Part shown: one piece after another, positions 39,019-48,569 of the stretch | Numbering within the stretch: the first letter of the stretch is position 1 | Layout of the letters: the number at the start of each line of letters is the position of its first letter | NCBI GenBank assembly: GCA_043826435.1 | Contig: JBDRQF010000009.1 | Location: 1-51,263 of the forward strand | Direction of reading: 5' to 3' | Length of the DNA stretch: 51,263 bases | Origin: Elusimicrobiota bacterium | GTDB lineage: Bacteria; Elusimicrobiota; Endomicrobiia; CG1-02-37-114; JAHJSO01 | The notes under the pieces: generated by a model | The model's database searches: none | Seen by the model: the letters and a program-made list of their open reading frames with translations, nothing else | What the model was told of the DNA's origin: nothing | Position numbers and translations under genes: made by a program

Positions 39019-41306
39019 TAGAACTTTCTGCCAATACTCAGGTTAACACTAAATGTTCTCCCTGGTGATTTATAGTACTGATAGTACTCTTCATCAAAAA
39101 TGTTGTCGCAGGTAAGAGAAAGTTTTGGAGAAAATCCGGCGATCTCCCGACTGTAAGAAATTTTTGTGTCAACCACAAAATATGGGTCATATCCACCATA
39201 AACACCAGTTGCAATATCCGAGTTATCGTCGCCATATACTTTTCCTACATAACGACCAACGATACCTGCTTCAAGACCAGCCAGTGTCCAGTCCAGCCCG
39301 AAATTGTAAGTCATTTCTGGTATACTGGGAAGTTTTTTCCCTTCCGATGTCTTCATCGCTGGATTTTTTAACACCTTCGTCATCATTACAGTGCTATTAG
39401 CGAATACATCAAGATTTTTTGACAGTTTTGTTCTTATATCCAATTCCAAACCTTCACTTTTTGCCTCGGCAATGTTTTGCTTTTGACTGATTTCACTGTA
39501 GTAACTAGTGGTACCATAATGCAGTTGACCATATTCTTTTACTTCATCTTCGGTGAATGTTTTTGTATAGATATAGTCATTCATCCTGTTGTGAAAATAA
39601 GCCACCTTGATTGATGTCTTCTCTGCAAATACCTGTTCAATACCAACTTCACCAGAAGTAATCTTTTCAGGATTTAAATCCGGATTAGATAAAGTTGCCA
39701 TTCTTTTACCAGCAGAAATATACTCCCAGCCACGATACATATCATAAGAAGTTGGTCCACGAAATGCCCGCCCGATTGAAAACCGTGCTCTTGTATCTTC
39801 ACTGACTTTATACACGAGAGAAATCCTCGGACTGAAACAATCAATATCCCGTTTGTCAAAAGTCCAAGTAGTTGTTGACCCGTTTTTTATAATGAAATTG
39901 TATCCCTCAGATGCCTGCCACTTGTCATATCTTCCGCCAAGATAAATAGTAAACGGTTCAAACAGACCTATCTCATCCTGCAGGTACAATCCCAAAATAG
40001 ATGTTTTTCCTCTTCGCTCTTGTGTTAAATCGGTCCTGGTATTTTTATCTTTCCAATCAGTAAGATTATAATACTCACCTTCATCTTTGCTTTCTCTTAA
40101 TTCTATTCCAACTGTCAATATCTGCTCTAATGGAAGTGGTTTACTGGCTAACAATTCTCCTCTTGTTTTTTCACCCCAACTTGGTTGAATATAAGCAGCA
40201 GTAAGAGATGGTTGAACCCACCAGTAATCGTTTTTGTCATAACTTAAATAACTCTTTAGTGAAATATCGCTGATTTTTGTTTCTCCTGAAAAATTAAGCA
40301 AGTCAATAACATTCCCGCCATAACTGCTTTCAAAGTCCGTTTCAGATATGTTTTTTACAACTTTCCACTTTTTTTCTTCACTGTCATAAAAAAATACATC
40401 ACCTTTGTTGACTACATTCCCTGTGATAGTATCCAGAAGATAACTTTTCCCGTTTTTATACCCGTATTCATAGTCGGTCCGGGTGAAGTCCAATTGAACT
40501 CTGGAAACAGAAGAAAACTCATAGCCAAGTTTCGTATTGTAAGAAATATCGTTATAGTAATTATCTCCAGCATCACCGATGAGAAATCTTTCGCTTCCCT
40601 TCTTATCAGTTGTTTCTTCCCAACCAGTTACTTCAGTACCAGCGGTAGGTTTTGTGGTTTGCGTTGTTGCACTTTTTACTGTTAGTACACTCGGATAACC
40701 GTCGGTCTGTCTTTTTCTTGCTGAAGCAGAATAGAACCAACCTTTTAACTTGCCGGAACAGAGCATTTCATAGTTCCGGCTGTTAAATGTTTCTATGCCT
40801 GTATTCAATTTCAGTTCCAGTTTTTCCTTTGGCTTTTTAGTAATTACATTTACAACCCCACCCATTGCACCTTCACCATAGAGAGAGGAGAATGGACCCT
40901 TTACAACCTCTATTCTTTCCACCAATTCAAGAGGAAATCTTCTCCAGACATGTTCCGATACCGGCTGACCATCAATCAAAATTAAGTTTCTGTCTGTCCC
41001 GTAAATACCACGAATGTTTATAGAAGGCATTGTATCGGCAAAACCTTTCCGCTTCCGGTCATAAACCCCGGTCACCATTCTGATTGCTTCATCCACATCC
41101 TTCACATTTCTTTTTTCAATTTCATCCTTTTTAACTACACTTACACTTCCCGGTGCATCCATCAGGGTTTTTTCTGACTTTGTTGCAGTAACAACTATCT
41201 CACCTAATTTGTAAGTTGGTACGGTTTCTTCTGCTAAACCAACCTGAACTAAACCAATCAACAAAATTCCTACTGTCAAAATTTGCAATTTATTTTTTCT
41301 TAACAT
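39018..41306 (-). CDS. TonB-dependent receptor
   Basis: Signal peptide, EIVVTAT TonB box, ERIEVVKGPFSSLYG, NPDLNPE, terminal Phe. Confidence 0.96.
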   Translation of the reverse strand: MLRKNKLQILTVGILLIGLVQVGLAEETVPTYKLGEIVVTATKSEKTLMDAPGSVSVVKKDEIEKRNVKDVDEAIRMVTGVYDRKRKGFADTMPSINIRGIYGTDRNLILIDGQPVSEHVWRRFPLELVERIEVVKGPFSSLYGEGAMGGVVNVITKKPKEKLELKLNTGIETFNSRNYEMLCSGKLKGWFYSASARKRQTDGYPSVLTVKSATTQTTKPTAGTEVTGWEETTDKKGSERFLIGDAGDNYYNDISYNTKLGYEFSSVSRVQLDFTRTDYEYGYKNGKSYLLDTITGNVVNKGDVFFYDSEEKKWKVVKNISETDFESSYGGNVIDLLNFSGETKISDISLKSYLSYDKNDYWWVQPSLTAAYIQPSWGEKTRGELLASKPLPLEQILTVGIELRESKDEGEYYNLTDWKDKNTRTDLTQERRGKTSILGLYLQDEIGLFEPFTIYLGGRYDKWQASEGYNFIIKNGSTTTWTFDKRDIDCFSPRISLVYKVSEDTRARFSIGRAFRGPTSYDMYRGWEYISAGKRMATLSNPDLNPEKITSGEVGIEQVFAEKTSIKVAYFHNRMNDYIYTKTFTEDEVKEYGQLHYGTTSYYSEISQKQNIAEAKSEGLELDIRTKLSKNLDVFANSTVMMTKVLKNPAMKTSEGKKLPSIPEMTYNFGLDWTLAGLEAGIVGRYVGKVYGDDNSDIATGVYGGYDPYFVVDTKISYSREIAGFSPKLSLTCDNIFDEEYYQYYKSPGRTFSVNLSIGRKF

Positions 41307-41327
41307 TTTTTATGTTCTCCTTTACAC

Positions 41328-41447
41328 TTGTTTTTAGCCCGCAAATTTAGTATAATTCCTATGGGCTTGGGTTCTCATTCCGATTTATCGGGACACTTAA
41401 GCACCGGCGCCCCGCTACTCCTCAACCGTTTAGCGGGGTTGCTTTTT
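41328..41447 (+). ncRNA. Candidate small antisense RNA (promoter, two stems, terminator)
   Basis: TTGTTT-17-TATAAT; stem GCTTGGGT/ACTTAAGC (with GU pairs); CCCCGCTA/TAGCGGGG followed by TTGCTTTTT. Confidence 0.35.
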
Positions 41448-41469
41448 ATCTTTGCCTTTCACCTCGGCA

Positions 41470-44400
41470 TCACCCCCTATACTCTCGCCATTCCACCCAT
41501 TCTCTTTGCAACCACCCTGCAACAAGTAATCCGATAAAAATGAAAACAATTATTATTACTGCCCATTCCGCCCCGGAGGAAAGCGGTTTTGTCTCTTCCT
41601 TCCTCTCCTCAACCATTTCATATCCTTCAATATTCCTTTCCGCAGAGACAACCGCCCTGAATTGTTTTGCCATTTCAGGAGAAAGCAGCCCCGATACCAT
41701 CCTGTTCAGATCCGGGTTACTGCAGAGCTGCCCGTAACAGGCAACCACTTTTTCAATAACACCTGCCGCATATTCCATGGCCAGACGCTTTTTGACTTTA
41801 TCCGGGGCATCCCAGTAATCCCTGCGTATTGCTTCAAGCATCCTGGCTTTCATGGACTGAAGCGCCCAGGGGTTGGCTTTATCAAAAAATTCCCCTATCC
41901 CGAGGCCGTATTTATCCTCAACGTAAACCTCATAGACGCGTTCCCACATGGATTCATTAACGGCAAAAGGAGTAGTTACCTGCCAACCCCACATATATTC
42001 CAGAAACTTAAACATCTCCCTTGCGCCGGCATAATCTTCTTTCATCATCCCTTCAATCCACCGCGGATTCAGATACCGGGCAGCCATCTCTTTCCCGATG
42101 GCACGTTCAACGTCCTCAATGCGGCCGGCACCAGCACCTTTTTGCTCGGATATCACAACGTCAGGATATCCGCCTGCCACTCTTTTAACTGCCAGAGAGA
42201 GCCCCCCCAGATAAGCAAAGACGTCGTCGTTATCCATTACCCCGTAAAGATTGGAGGAAAGGGTGTGCATGGTTACCTTTACGTCCTCAATGCCTTTCTT
42301 ATAGACGCTCTCCAGTGGAACCCCCCAGTGGTCCCTGCCGTAGGCAAAAGAAACGTTACGGATGAACACGTCGGCAATTTCTTCGTCGTTTTTCCAGATG
42401 CCGCTGTCCGGAACCAGTTCCTGTAACTTCGTCCTATAGGTGCCGGGCTCTTCGCTGAAGATGCGGGTATGACTTAACTCCTCTGCGGTTTCCCCGCTGT
42501 AACCCTTTTCAGTAAGATATGTCTTTATTTTCCGGCTGTGTCTGGCAATAAAGTTTTCTACATCCTTCATTCGGGCCGCCTGACGCACGGCTTCGTCCAG
42601 GAGGAGTATAACGTTTGGGAAGGAATCCCGGAAAAGCCCGGACACCTGCAGATGCACGTCTATCCTGGGTCTGCCAAGAAGTTTACCGGGAATGGGTTCG
42701 GTACCGACAACCCGGTTATTCTTATCCCACACGGGTTTCATACCCAAAAGATAAAGGGCGGTGCCCGGCTGGGCTCCCTCATTGCGGTGAATCTCCGTGG
42801 CCCACAGGATGAGCCCTATCTTATCCGGATACTTCCCGTTTTCTTCAAGGTATTTCCGGATTATCTCTTTGGCCTGTTTTTTACCCAGTGCGTAGGCATC
42901 TTTTGAAGGTATCTTTGCCGGGTCAAAGCCATAAAAATTCCTGCCCGTAGGAATGGCATCCGGGTTCCTTAATGGGTCGTTACCTTCACCTGCGGGGACG
43001 TATCTGCCTTCCATGGCAGCAATGAGCCGGTCCATCTCCAGATGACAGAGGGCTAATTTCTCTTTGATTTCGTTTAATGGAATATCTTCATTCCTTTCCT
43101 TAATGAGCCGGCTGAATTGTGTAAGGGCCTCCCCCCGCGGGGATACGCCGTAAGTGTGCAGTCCATAAGGTACGTTTATCTCCTGCAACTCAAGCAGGTA
43201 ATGTTCAATTTTCTCTACGGATTTTTCGTTTATCTCCTTCAGGAGGAGGTCTTTGTCCAGTCCGAGTTTTTTCACCAGAACTTTTATCCTGTTAAATTTC
43301 TGTTCCGCTAACTCTTTACTGCGTGGTACGGTATCATTGTATTCATCAATCAAAACGGCTAATTCACGGTATTCGTGATATGCCCCCGCCTCTTTCAGAA
43401 CCGGGATAAGATGGTCTATGATTACACCGCGTCCGCGACGTTTTGCCTGTATTCCTTCTCCAACGTTATCTACGATATACGGATAGATATTCGGCAAATC
43501 CTGAATTAGTACCTCCGGGGGGCAGGACTGGCTTAGGCCCGCCTGTTTTCCCGGAAGCCATTCGTGCGTCCCGTGTTTTCCCAGCGAAATAATTGCGTCG
43601 GCACTGAATTCATTCTTCAGCCAGAGGTAAAATGCTGTGTACTGATGGTGCGGCCAGACCGCAGAAGAATGGTAATTTTTCACATGGTCTTCGCCCCATC
43701 CTCTTGTCGGCTGTGGCATAAGTATTACGTTCCCCATGGTGATGCACGGCATAACGAATTCACCGTCCCTGAACATAATGCCCGACTCCCCAGGCTTTCC
43801 CCATTGTTCCTCCACCTTTTTGCGGTACTCCGGATTGAGCCCGTTATAAAATTTTAAATAATCCTGCAACGGCCAACGGATAACCCCGCCGCTTCTGAGC
43901 AAATCTTCAATACCGCCCGGGACGAACGAACAGGTATTGCACCCGCTTTTTAAAACAAGAGTTTTAATTTCTTCTTCCGTGGGAAAACTCTTCCCTGTAT
44001 TATAGCCCTCTTCACTCATCCTTTTTAAAATGCCTTCAATGCTTCTAAAAACGTTAAGGTAACTTGCCCCGACGTTCTGTTTGCCGGGCGGGTGGTTCCA
44101 ATAGATAATGGCGATTTTCTTATCCTTATTTTGTTTTGTCCGCAGATTCATCCAGGCCTTTATGCGTTTAACGAAAAATTCAACGTGTTCTTTAATGGGG
44201 GCAGTGTCGTAAACCGCCTTGCCGGTGCGTTTATCTTCCAGCATTACCCTGCCGCCCAGGACCGACGGCTCAATAAGTCCGTTGAATTCAGGCACGCATA
44301 TCTGCCAGCTGATTTCCGACGGGCTTAACCCCAGGGGCGACTCTCTCCATTCAGAAATTGTACTCTGAACCCTGCCCGGGTTGAGGACCGGCACGCCCAA

Positions 44401-45246
44401 CTTCATAAATTTCCTGCCGGTCTCCTCCGTAGCCGTGGCACTCATCTTAAAACACAGCCCGCAGATGATATCCACGCGGCTCTTACCGCTCTCGTCAAAA
44501 AAGAGATCTTCCGGCCTGGAGGGGTGGGCGGCTCCGGCCAGGACATTGATATTATTTTTTTCCAGAGAGGATATCAGCATACTTACAACCTTGTCGGTAT
44601 TTTGTGGGTCGGCGTAGGACGAATAATCCGCCACCCCTACCCAGAAACCTCTTTTTTTATAATGCCCCCGTTTTTTATACCAGTCCAAATATTCGTCAAA
44701 GGTATTAAAGACTTTCCCGGCCCGGGGGTGGAAAAAAAATTCCTCCGGAAGGGTTAAGGGTTTCCCAAAACTTACGTCAACTCCGTACTCGCGATTGAGA
44801 AGGAAAAGGAGCAGGTTTTTTACGTTTTCCCTGCCGGGGGTCAGATAATACTCTTTTAACCGTGGGTCAAATATGATTTTATCTGCTTCTGTTGTCATCT
44901 CATTGCCTCTTTCGCGCACGCTGTAAACCCCGGTAGTTTTGAAATCGGCATTCTTTAAGGCATAACCGGTGACCTCGGAATACATCGTGTCTATGAGCAG
45001 GATTCCGGAGCGGGCAACGACCCCGCGGGTAACCTTTCCTTCTTTGATGTCACGGATGGTGTAAAGATGAAAATCGTACTTTTCGTCCACTGCCGGGATT
45101 CCGGCGGCATCGGAAATTCCACGGCTTACTTTATAGGAATCGGATTCACCGACGAGGAGGGTAATTTTTACTTTATCTTTGCCAGAGGAGGAATAAACCG
45201 GTACCGCCGCAAAAAGAAGGCCAAGGATAAACCACCGCTTATTCAT
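41470..45246 (-). CDS. CobN-like chelatase family protein with signal peptide and C-terminal TM (HmuS/BtuS-like)
   Basis: MNKRWFILGLLFAAVPVYS; GKHGTHEWLPGK, AKRRG, IPTGRNFY, RPRIDV, LNPRWIEGM; C-terminal WAVIIIVFIFIGLLVAGW. Confidence 0.9.
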   Translation of the reverse strand: MNKRWFILGLLFAAVPVYSSSGKDKVKITLLVGESDSYKVSRGISDAAGIPAVDEKYDFHLYTIRDIKEGKVTRGVVARSGILLIDTMYSEVTGYALKNADFKTTGVYSVRERGNEMTTEADKIIFDPRLKEYYLTPGRENVKNLLLFLLNREYGVDVSFGKPLTLPEEFFFHPRAGKVFNTFDEYLDWYKKRGHYKKRGFWVGVADYSSYADPQNTDKVVSMLISSLEKNNINVLAGAAHPSRPEDLFFDESGKSRVDIICGLCFKMSATATEETGRKFMKLGVPVLNPGRVQSTISEWRESPLGLSPSEISWQICVPEFNGLIEPSVLGGRVMLEDKRTGKAVYDTAPIKEHVEFFVKRIKAWMNLRTKQNKDKKIAIIYWNHPPGKQNVGASYLNVFRSIEGILKRMSEEGYNTGKSFPTEEEIKTLVLKSGCNTCSFVPGGIEDLLRSGGVIRWPLQDYLKFYNGLNPEYRKKVEEQWGKPGESGIMFRDGEFVMPCITMGNVILMPQPTRGWGEDHVKNYHSSAVWPHHQYTAFYLWLKNEFSADAIISLGKHGTHEWLPGKQAGLSQSCPPEVLIQDLPNIYPYIVDNVGEGIQAKRRGRGVIIDHLIPVLKEAGAYHEYRELAVLIDEYNDTVPRSKELAEQKFNRIKVLVKKLGLDKDLLLKEINEKSVEKIEHYLLELQEINVPYGLHTYGVSPRGEALTQFSRLIKERNEDIPLNEIKEKLALCHLEMDRLIAAMEGRYVPAGEGNDPLRNPDAIPTGRNFYGFDPAKIPSKDAYALGKKQAKEIIRKYLEENGKYPDKIGLILWATEIHRNEGAQPGTALYLLGMKPVWDKNNRVVGTEPIPGKLLGRPRIDVHLQVSGLFRDSFPNVILLLDEAVRQAARMKDVENFIARHSRKIKTYLTEKGYSGETAEELSHTRIFSEEPGTYRTKLQELVPDSGIWKNDEEIADVFIRNVSFAYGRDHWGVPLESVYKKGIEDVKVTMHTLSSNLYGVMDNDDVFAYLGGLSLAVKRVAGGYPDVVISEQKGAGAGRIEDVERAIGKEMAARYLNPRWIEGMMKEDYAGAREMFKFLEYMWGWQVTTPFAVNESMWERVYEVYVEDKYGLGIGEFFDKANPWALQSMKARMLEAIRRDYWDAPDKVKKRLAMEYAAGVIEKVVACYGQLCSNPDLNRMVSGLLSPEMAKQFRAVVSAERNIEGYEMVEERKEETKPLSSGAEWAVIIIVFIFIGLLVAGWLQREWVEWREYRG

Positions 45247-45580
45247 CCGGCACATAAACCATTCTCCCGTCTTTCAACTGATATGCCGTCCCCAGCCGGA
45301 CACCTTCTTCTCCGCCTATCTTCTTATCGGTAACCCTTTCCACACTGATGGCTCTGCCCTTTTTGGAGATAATTTCCATTCGCCCGTCTTTATTCTTCTT
45401 CATAATGGTAATTTCGCTGGTTTCCGAGAAAAAGTCCATAATGCGGTAAACGGTCATCAGGGCAAGGAACAACCCGACGATAAAAACCAGCCCGACGTCA
45501 AAAAGGTTGGCAACCCCGCTCATGGGGTCGTCATCCTCTCCTGCGTCCCTGAAAAAACGCCGTTTCTTTAAATATCTCAT
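45239..45580 (-). CDS. DUF2149 protein (HmuV-like)
   Basis: DDDPMSGVANLFDVGLVF...RLGTAYQLKDGRMVYVP. Confidence 0.9.
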   Translation of the reverse strand: MRYLKKRRFFRDAGEDDDPMSGVANLFDVGLVFIVGLFLALMTVYRIMDFFSETSEITIMKKNKDGRMEIISKKGRAISVERVTDKKIGGEEGVRLGTAYQLKDGRMVYVPDE

Positions 45581-46197
45581 TTTATACTCCTGGTCATCGC
45601 TTCGGTAATCAATTCAATGTTCCTGATATCCTCCTGTACCCACCTGTTTTTTACGGTGGTAAAAAAATGGGCGAGGATGCCCAGGGCTAAACCCACTACG
45701 GTAGTCGTAAAAGCAATGATAAGACTGGACGTTATTGCAACCATATCGCCACGGCTTAGAGCCGCCAGCCCCGTCCCCATGGGAATCAGTGTTCCCATAA
45801 GGCCAAGGCTTGGCCCGACGCGGACGACCAACCGGATACGGTCCACCTCTTTGGACAACTCCATTTCCTTTTCCTGAATTAAGGCCTCCACTTTTTCCTG
45901 CAGAAAATCGTCGTTTTCCTTTAAAAGAGCGACGAGTTTCTCAACGTAAACATTAACCTGCGGGGGCAGATGCATCTTTACGTTCTCCGGCAATTTTTGC
46001 TCTCTTTGAATCTGACCCAGATACTGCGCAATGTCCACGTTCCTCTTAATGCGTTTCCTCCCCAGCCATTCGGCAAAAAATCCCCCGGCAAAAACAACCA
46101 TCCAAACAAACAGAACGACCAGAAGTGTCATTACCGGGTAAAGAAGTCCTGAAGAAATGGTGTAAATAATCGTTTGCAATAATCCTAGCAGATTCAT
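45577..46197 (-). CDS. MotA/TolQ/ExbB-family protein (HmuU-like)
   Basis: GPSLGLMGTLIPMG, LIIAFTTTVVGL. Confidence 0.9.
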   Translation of the reverse strand: MNLLGLLQTIIYTISSGLLYPVMTLLVVLFVWMVVFAGGFFAEWLGRKRIKRNVDIAQYLGQIQREQKLPENVKMHLPPQVNVYVEKLVALLKENDDFLQEKVEALIQEKEMELSKEVDRIRLVVRVGPSLGLMGTLIPMGTGLAALSRGDMVAITSSLIIAFTTTVVGLALGILAHFFTTVKNRWVQEDIRNIELITEAMTRSIK

Positions 46198-46201
46198 AAA
46201 T

Positions 46202-46948
46202 TTACTCCTTCCCTGAAAAATTTATTTTTCTGTGCCGTTTTAAAAAACCGATACCAAAAAGAACAATAAACGCCATTATGAAGATTAAAATTGATCTGAC
46301 AGCCGGATTCTCGTTACCGCTTTGAGATACTATCCGGTACACCTCCACGGATTCCCGGTAAACGGGGGCAATACCAGCCGTAAGAAAAAAATAAATTGCG
46401 CCTGCACCCATTACCAGACCGACAAAATCAGGACTTACTGCCTCAATTCTTTTACGAAAAGGGGAAAGCGCCATTATGGTTACCAGAGAAATGCCAATAA
46501 AAATTCCAAATGGAACCACCGCGGTAAAAAACAACGAAAACGGGAACGCGCTATGTGCCAGAAAAACAGCAAAAAAAATCGTCGCCACCCAAACCGGACA
46601 GGGTAAAACGAAAAAGGGCGTTTTCTGCCGGCGTTGAAAAAGCAGCGCTATTCCCCAGATAAAAAGTCCCGCGGCAATCACCAGATACATTGTCATGCCG
46701 GAACGTAACCTTACCGGCAGACGGTTCAAATAATGCGACGGGTAAAAATGCGTCAACAGGGCATAGATACAGGCAAAGAGAATAACATGAATCAGGAGTA
46801 TCCCGGATATAAGTAATAATTTTTTTCTGATGTGAAAATCTTTATTATAAATTATAGCCGCCATACCGAACCCCGTTTTAATACCAAAAACCAAAAGGGC
46901 AACGATAGCCCCGGCAATTCCCAGCGTACCGCTCACTACAGCCTCCAT
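46202..46948 (-). CDS. DUF2162 membrane protein (HmuT-like)
   Basis: FGIKTGFG, LPCPV, GAIYFF; multiple TMs; typical position before ExbB-like and DUF2149 genes. Confidence 0.75.
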   Translation of the reverse strand: MEAVVSGTLGIAGAIVALLVFGIKTGFGMAAIIYNKDFHIRKKLLLISGILLIHVILFACIYALLTHFYPSHYLNRLPVRLRSGMTMYLVIAAGLFIWGIALLFQRRQKTPFFVLPCPVWVATIFFAVFLAHSAFPFSLFFTAVVPFGIFIGISLVTIMALSPFRKRIEAVSPDFVGLVMGAGAIYFFLTAGIAPVYRESVEVYRIVSQSGNENPAVRSILIFIMAFIVLFGIGFLKRHRKINFSGKE

Positions 46949-46987
46949 ATCTTTGTTACGTTCAGTCCGTATTGCCCGTAAGATTCC

Positions 46988-47254
46988 TTATTTTGAAAAA
47001 AGTTTACGCCAGTTGTAACCGAATATAAAACCGCTTACCGTGCCTGCAAGCGTGAAGGCAAACAGCAGCGCATCCCCCTCTACGTTAATCAGCGGGGGGC
47101 GCGGAGGCCGGCCGTATTTTTCGGCGTATTTTCCTACCACCGCCACGTCCACACCGGGCCAGGCGCCTTCCTCTTCGGCAGCTGCGACGCACAAGCCCAA
47201 CAATCCCGCCGCCATTACGAATATAACCGCAAAAACGAAGATTAAACGTTTCAT
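46988..47254 (-). CDS. CbiN-like small membrane component of Co/Ni ECF transporter
   Basis: TM-WPGVD...PLIN..GDALLFAFTLAG..SGFIFGY; directly follows cbiM. Confidence 0.7.
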   Translation of the reverse strand: MKRLIFVFAVIFVMAAGLLGLCVAAAEEEGAWPGVDVAVVGKYAEKYGRPPRPPLINVEGDALLFAFTLAGTVSGFIFGYNWRKLFSK

Positions 47255-47258
47255 TTTT

Positions 47259-47918
47259 TCACCTCACTATGCCCGTATTTTCAAGTATATCGGGCCTGTT
47301 CTTTTTTACGTACACAATTATACCTGCGATTACCAGACCCTCAAGGACAGCCAGCGGAATCTGGGTCGGCAGAAAGGCGATAAAAATACTTCCCGCAACC
47401 GTTGAAACCGGGGTTGTGCCGTGTAATGCAAGCGCCAGTATGACGGAAGTCGTTAAATACGTAAATATATCCGCTGCGGCTCCCGCAATTAAAGCGGATA
47501 CAAATATCGGGAGTTTGAGTCCTCTGGCCAATTTATAAAAGAGAAAAGCGGAAAACGAGCCGACGATACCCATGGCGACTGTATTCGCCCCGAGCGTAGA
47601 AATACCGCCGTGGGCAAGAAACAGCGCCTGAATCAACAGGGCGGAAAATGCAACCACGATGCTCACAAAAGGTCCCAACAGCAGGGTTGAGAGCCCTGTC
47701 CCGGCAGGATGCGAACATGTCCCTACTATCGGTATGGGGACGGGAAAAAGGGAAAATACAAAAACAGCGCTGCCGGCGATACTGGTAAGAACTACGTACA
47801 TCGGATTCGCCTTTTTCTTCCTTTGTATTTCGCTTAAGCCGGCGACAAGGAAGGGAACTGACACGGAATACCACACAACCGCCCAGCCAACGGGCAGTAC
47901 ACCTTCGCTGATATGCAT
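47259..47918 (-). CDS. cbiM: Co/Ni ECF transporter S component
   Basis: N-terminal MHISEG, GTCSHPAG, QALFLAHGG, TQIPLAVLEG; GGAGGT RBS. Confidence 0.9.
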   Translation of the reverse strand: MHISEGVLPVGWAVVWYSVSVPFLVAGLSEIQRKKKANPMYVVLTSIAGSAVFVFSLFPVPIPIVGTCSHPAGTGLSTLLLGPFVSIVVAFSALLIQALFLAHGGISTLGANTVAMGIVGSFSAFLFYKLARGLKLPIFVSALIAGAAADIFTYLTTSVILALALHGTTPVSTVAGSIFIAFLPTQIPLAVLEGLVIAGIIVYVKKNRPDILENTGIVR

Positions 47919-48004
47919 ACCTCTACCTCCTTTTTTGTTACTATTTTACAATTCGTGCCACCGAACGGCAAAAAAATATTACGGGCCTGCGCATGTCCCG
48001 TTAC

Positions 48005-48421
48005 CTAAAACATTTCCCTGCCCGTGGTTGACATGCTTAAAGTTCCGTGCTTTACCCCTTTTATTGATTTTAATGTGTCCGCAAGTAACTGCACGTCCGT
48101 CGCCCTGCCCCTAACGGCGATTATTTCCAGGCAGTTCTGGTGGTCCAGGTGGACGTGCTGCGTTGAAATGATGATTTTTTGATAATCGTGCTGGATGTGT
48201 GTGAGGGTTTCCAACAATTCTCTTTTGTGGTGGTCATAAACGAGAGTGATTGCCCCCGCGACGTTTCCCCTTTCGGCCCACTGTTTCCGGACAAACTCCT
48301 GCCTGATTAAATCCCTGATTGCTTCCGAACGGTTGGTATAATTTTCTCTTCCGATAAGTTTGTCAAACCTGTCAAGCAGGGACTTTTCCAAAGAGACCCC
48401 GAACCTGAATAGTTTTCCCAT
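48005..48421 (-). CDS. nikR: Nickel-responsive regulator
   Basis: RFGVSL, NRSEAIRDLIR, YDHH, QHVHLDHQNCLE; start at MGK 48421. Confidence 0.97.
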   Translation of the reverse strand: MGKLFRFGVSLEKSLLDRFDKLIGRENYTNRSEAIRDLIRQEFVRKQWAERGNVAGAITLVYDHHKRELLETLTHIQHDYQKIIISTQHVHLDHQNCLEIIAVRGRATDVQLLADTLKSIKGVKHGTLSMSTTGREMF

Positions 48422-48502
48422 GTGTCCGCCTTGTGCTTTCTTCACTGCGCCGGTGCGTGCAACACGGCTAACACGCATATACACGCCGGTGAGCCGGCAA
48501 TC

Positions 48503-48548
48503 GTAGCACCTTTCTAATAATTGTAGCACATTACAAATTATTTGTCAA
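48503..48548 (-). promoter_or_regulatory. nikR promoter with overlapping NikR operator
   Basis: TTGACA-17-TACAAT; direct repeat GTGCTAC-N13-GTGCTAC (48503-48529), matching the Geobacter-type NikR site. Confidence 0.8.
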
Positions 48549-48569
48549 CCGTTAGATTGACCTACTCGG

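Noticed and set aside
41307..41469. Cobalamin riboswitch before the TonB receptor
   Set aside because: No recognisable B12-box (GGGAA...GCCCCCGCAACTGT, GCCACTG) on the minus strand; an Infernal search would settle it.
41662..42426. 254-aa plus-strand ORF and other long antisense ORFs over housekeeping genes
   Set aside because: Antisense shadows of well-conserved genes; no independent promoter, RBS or paralog support.
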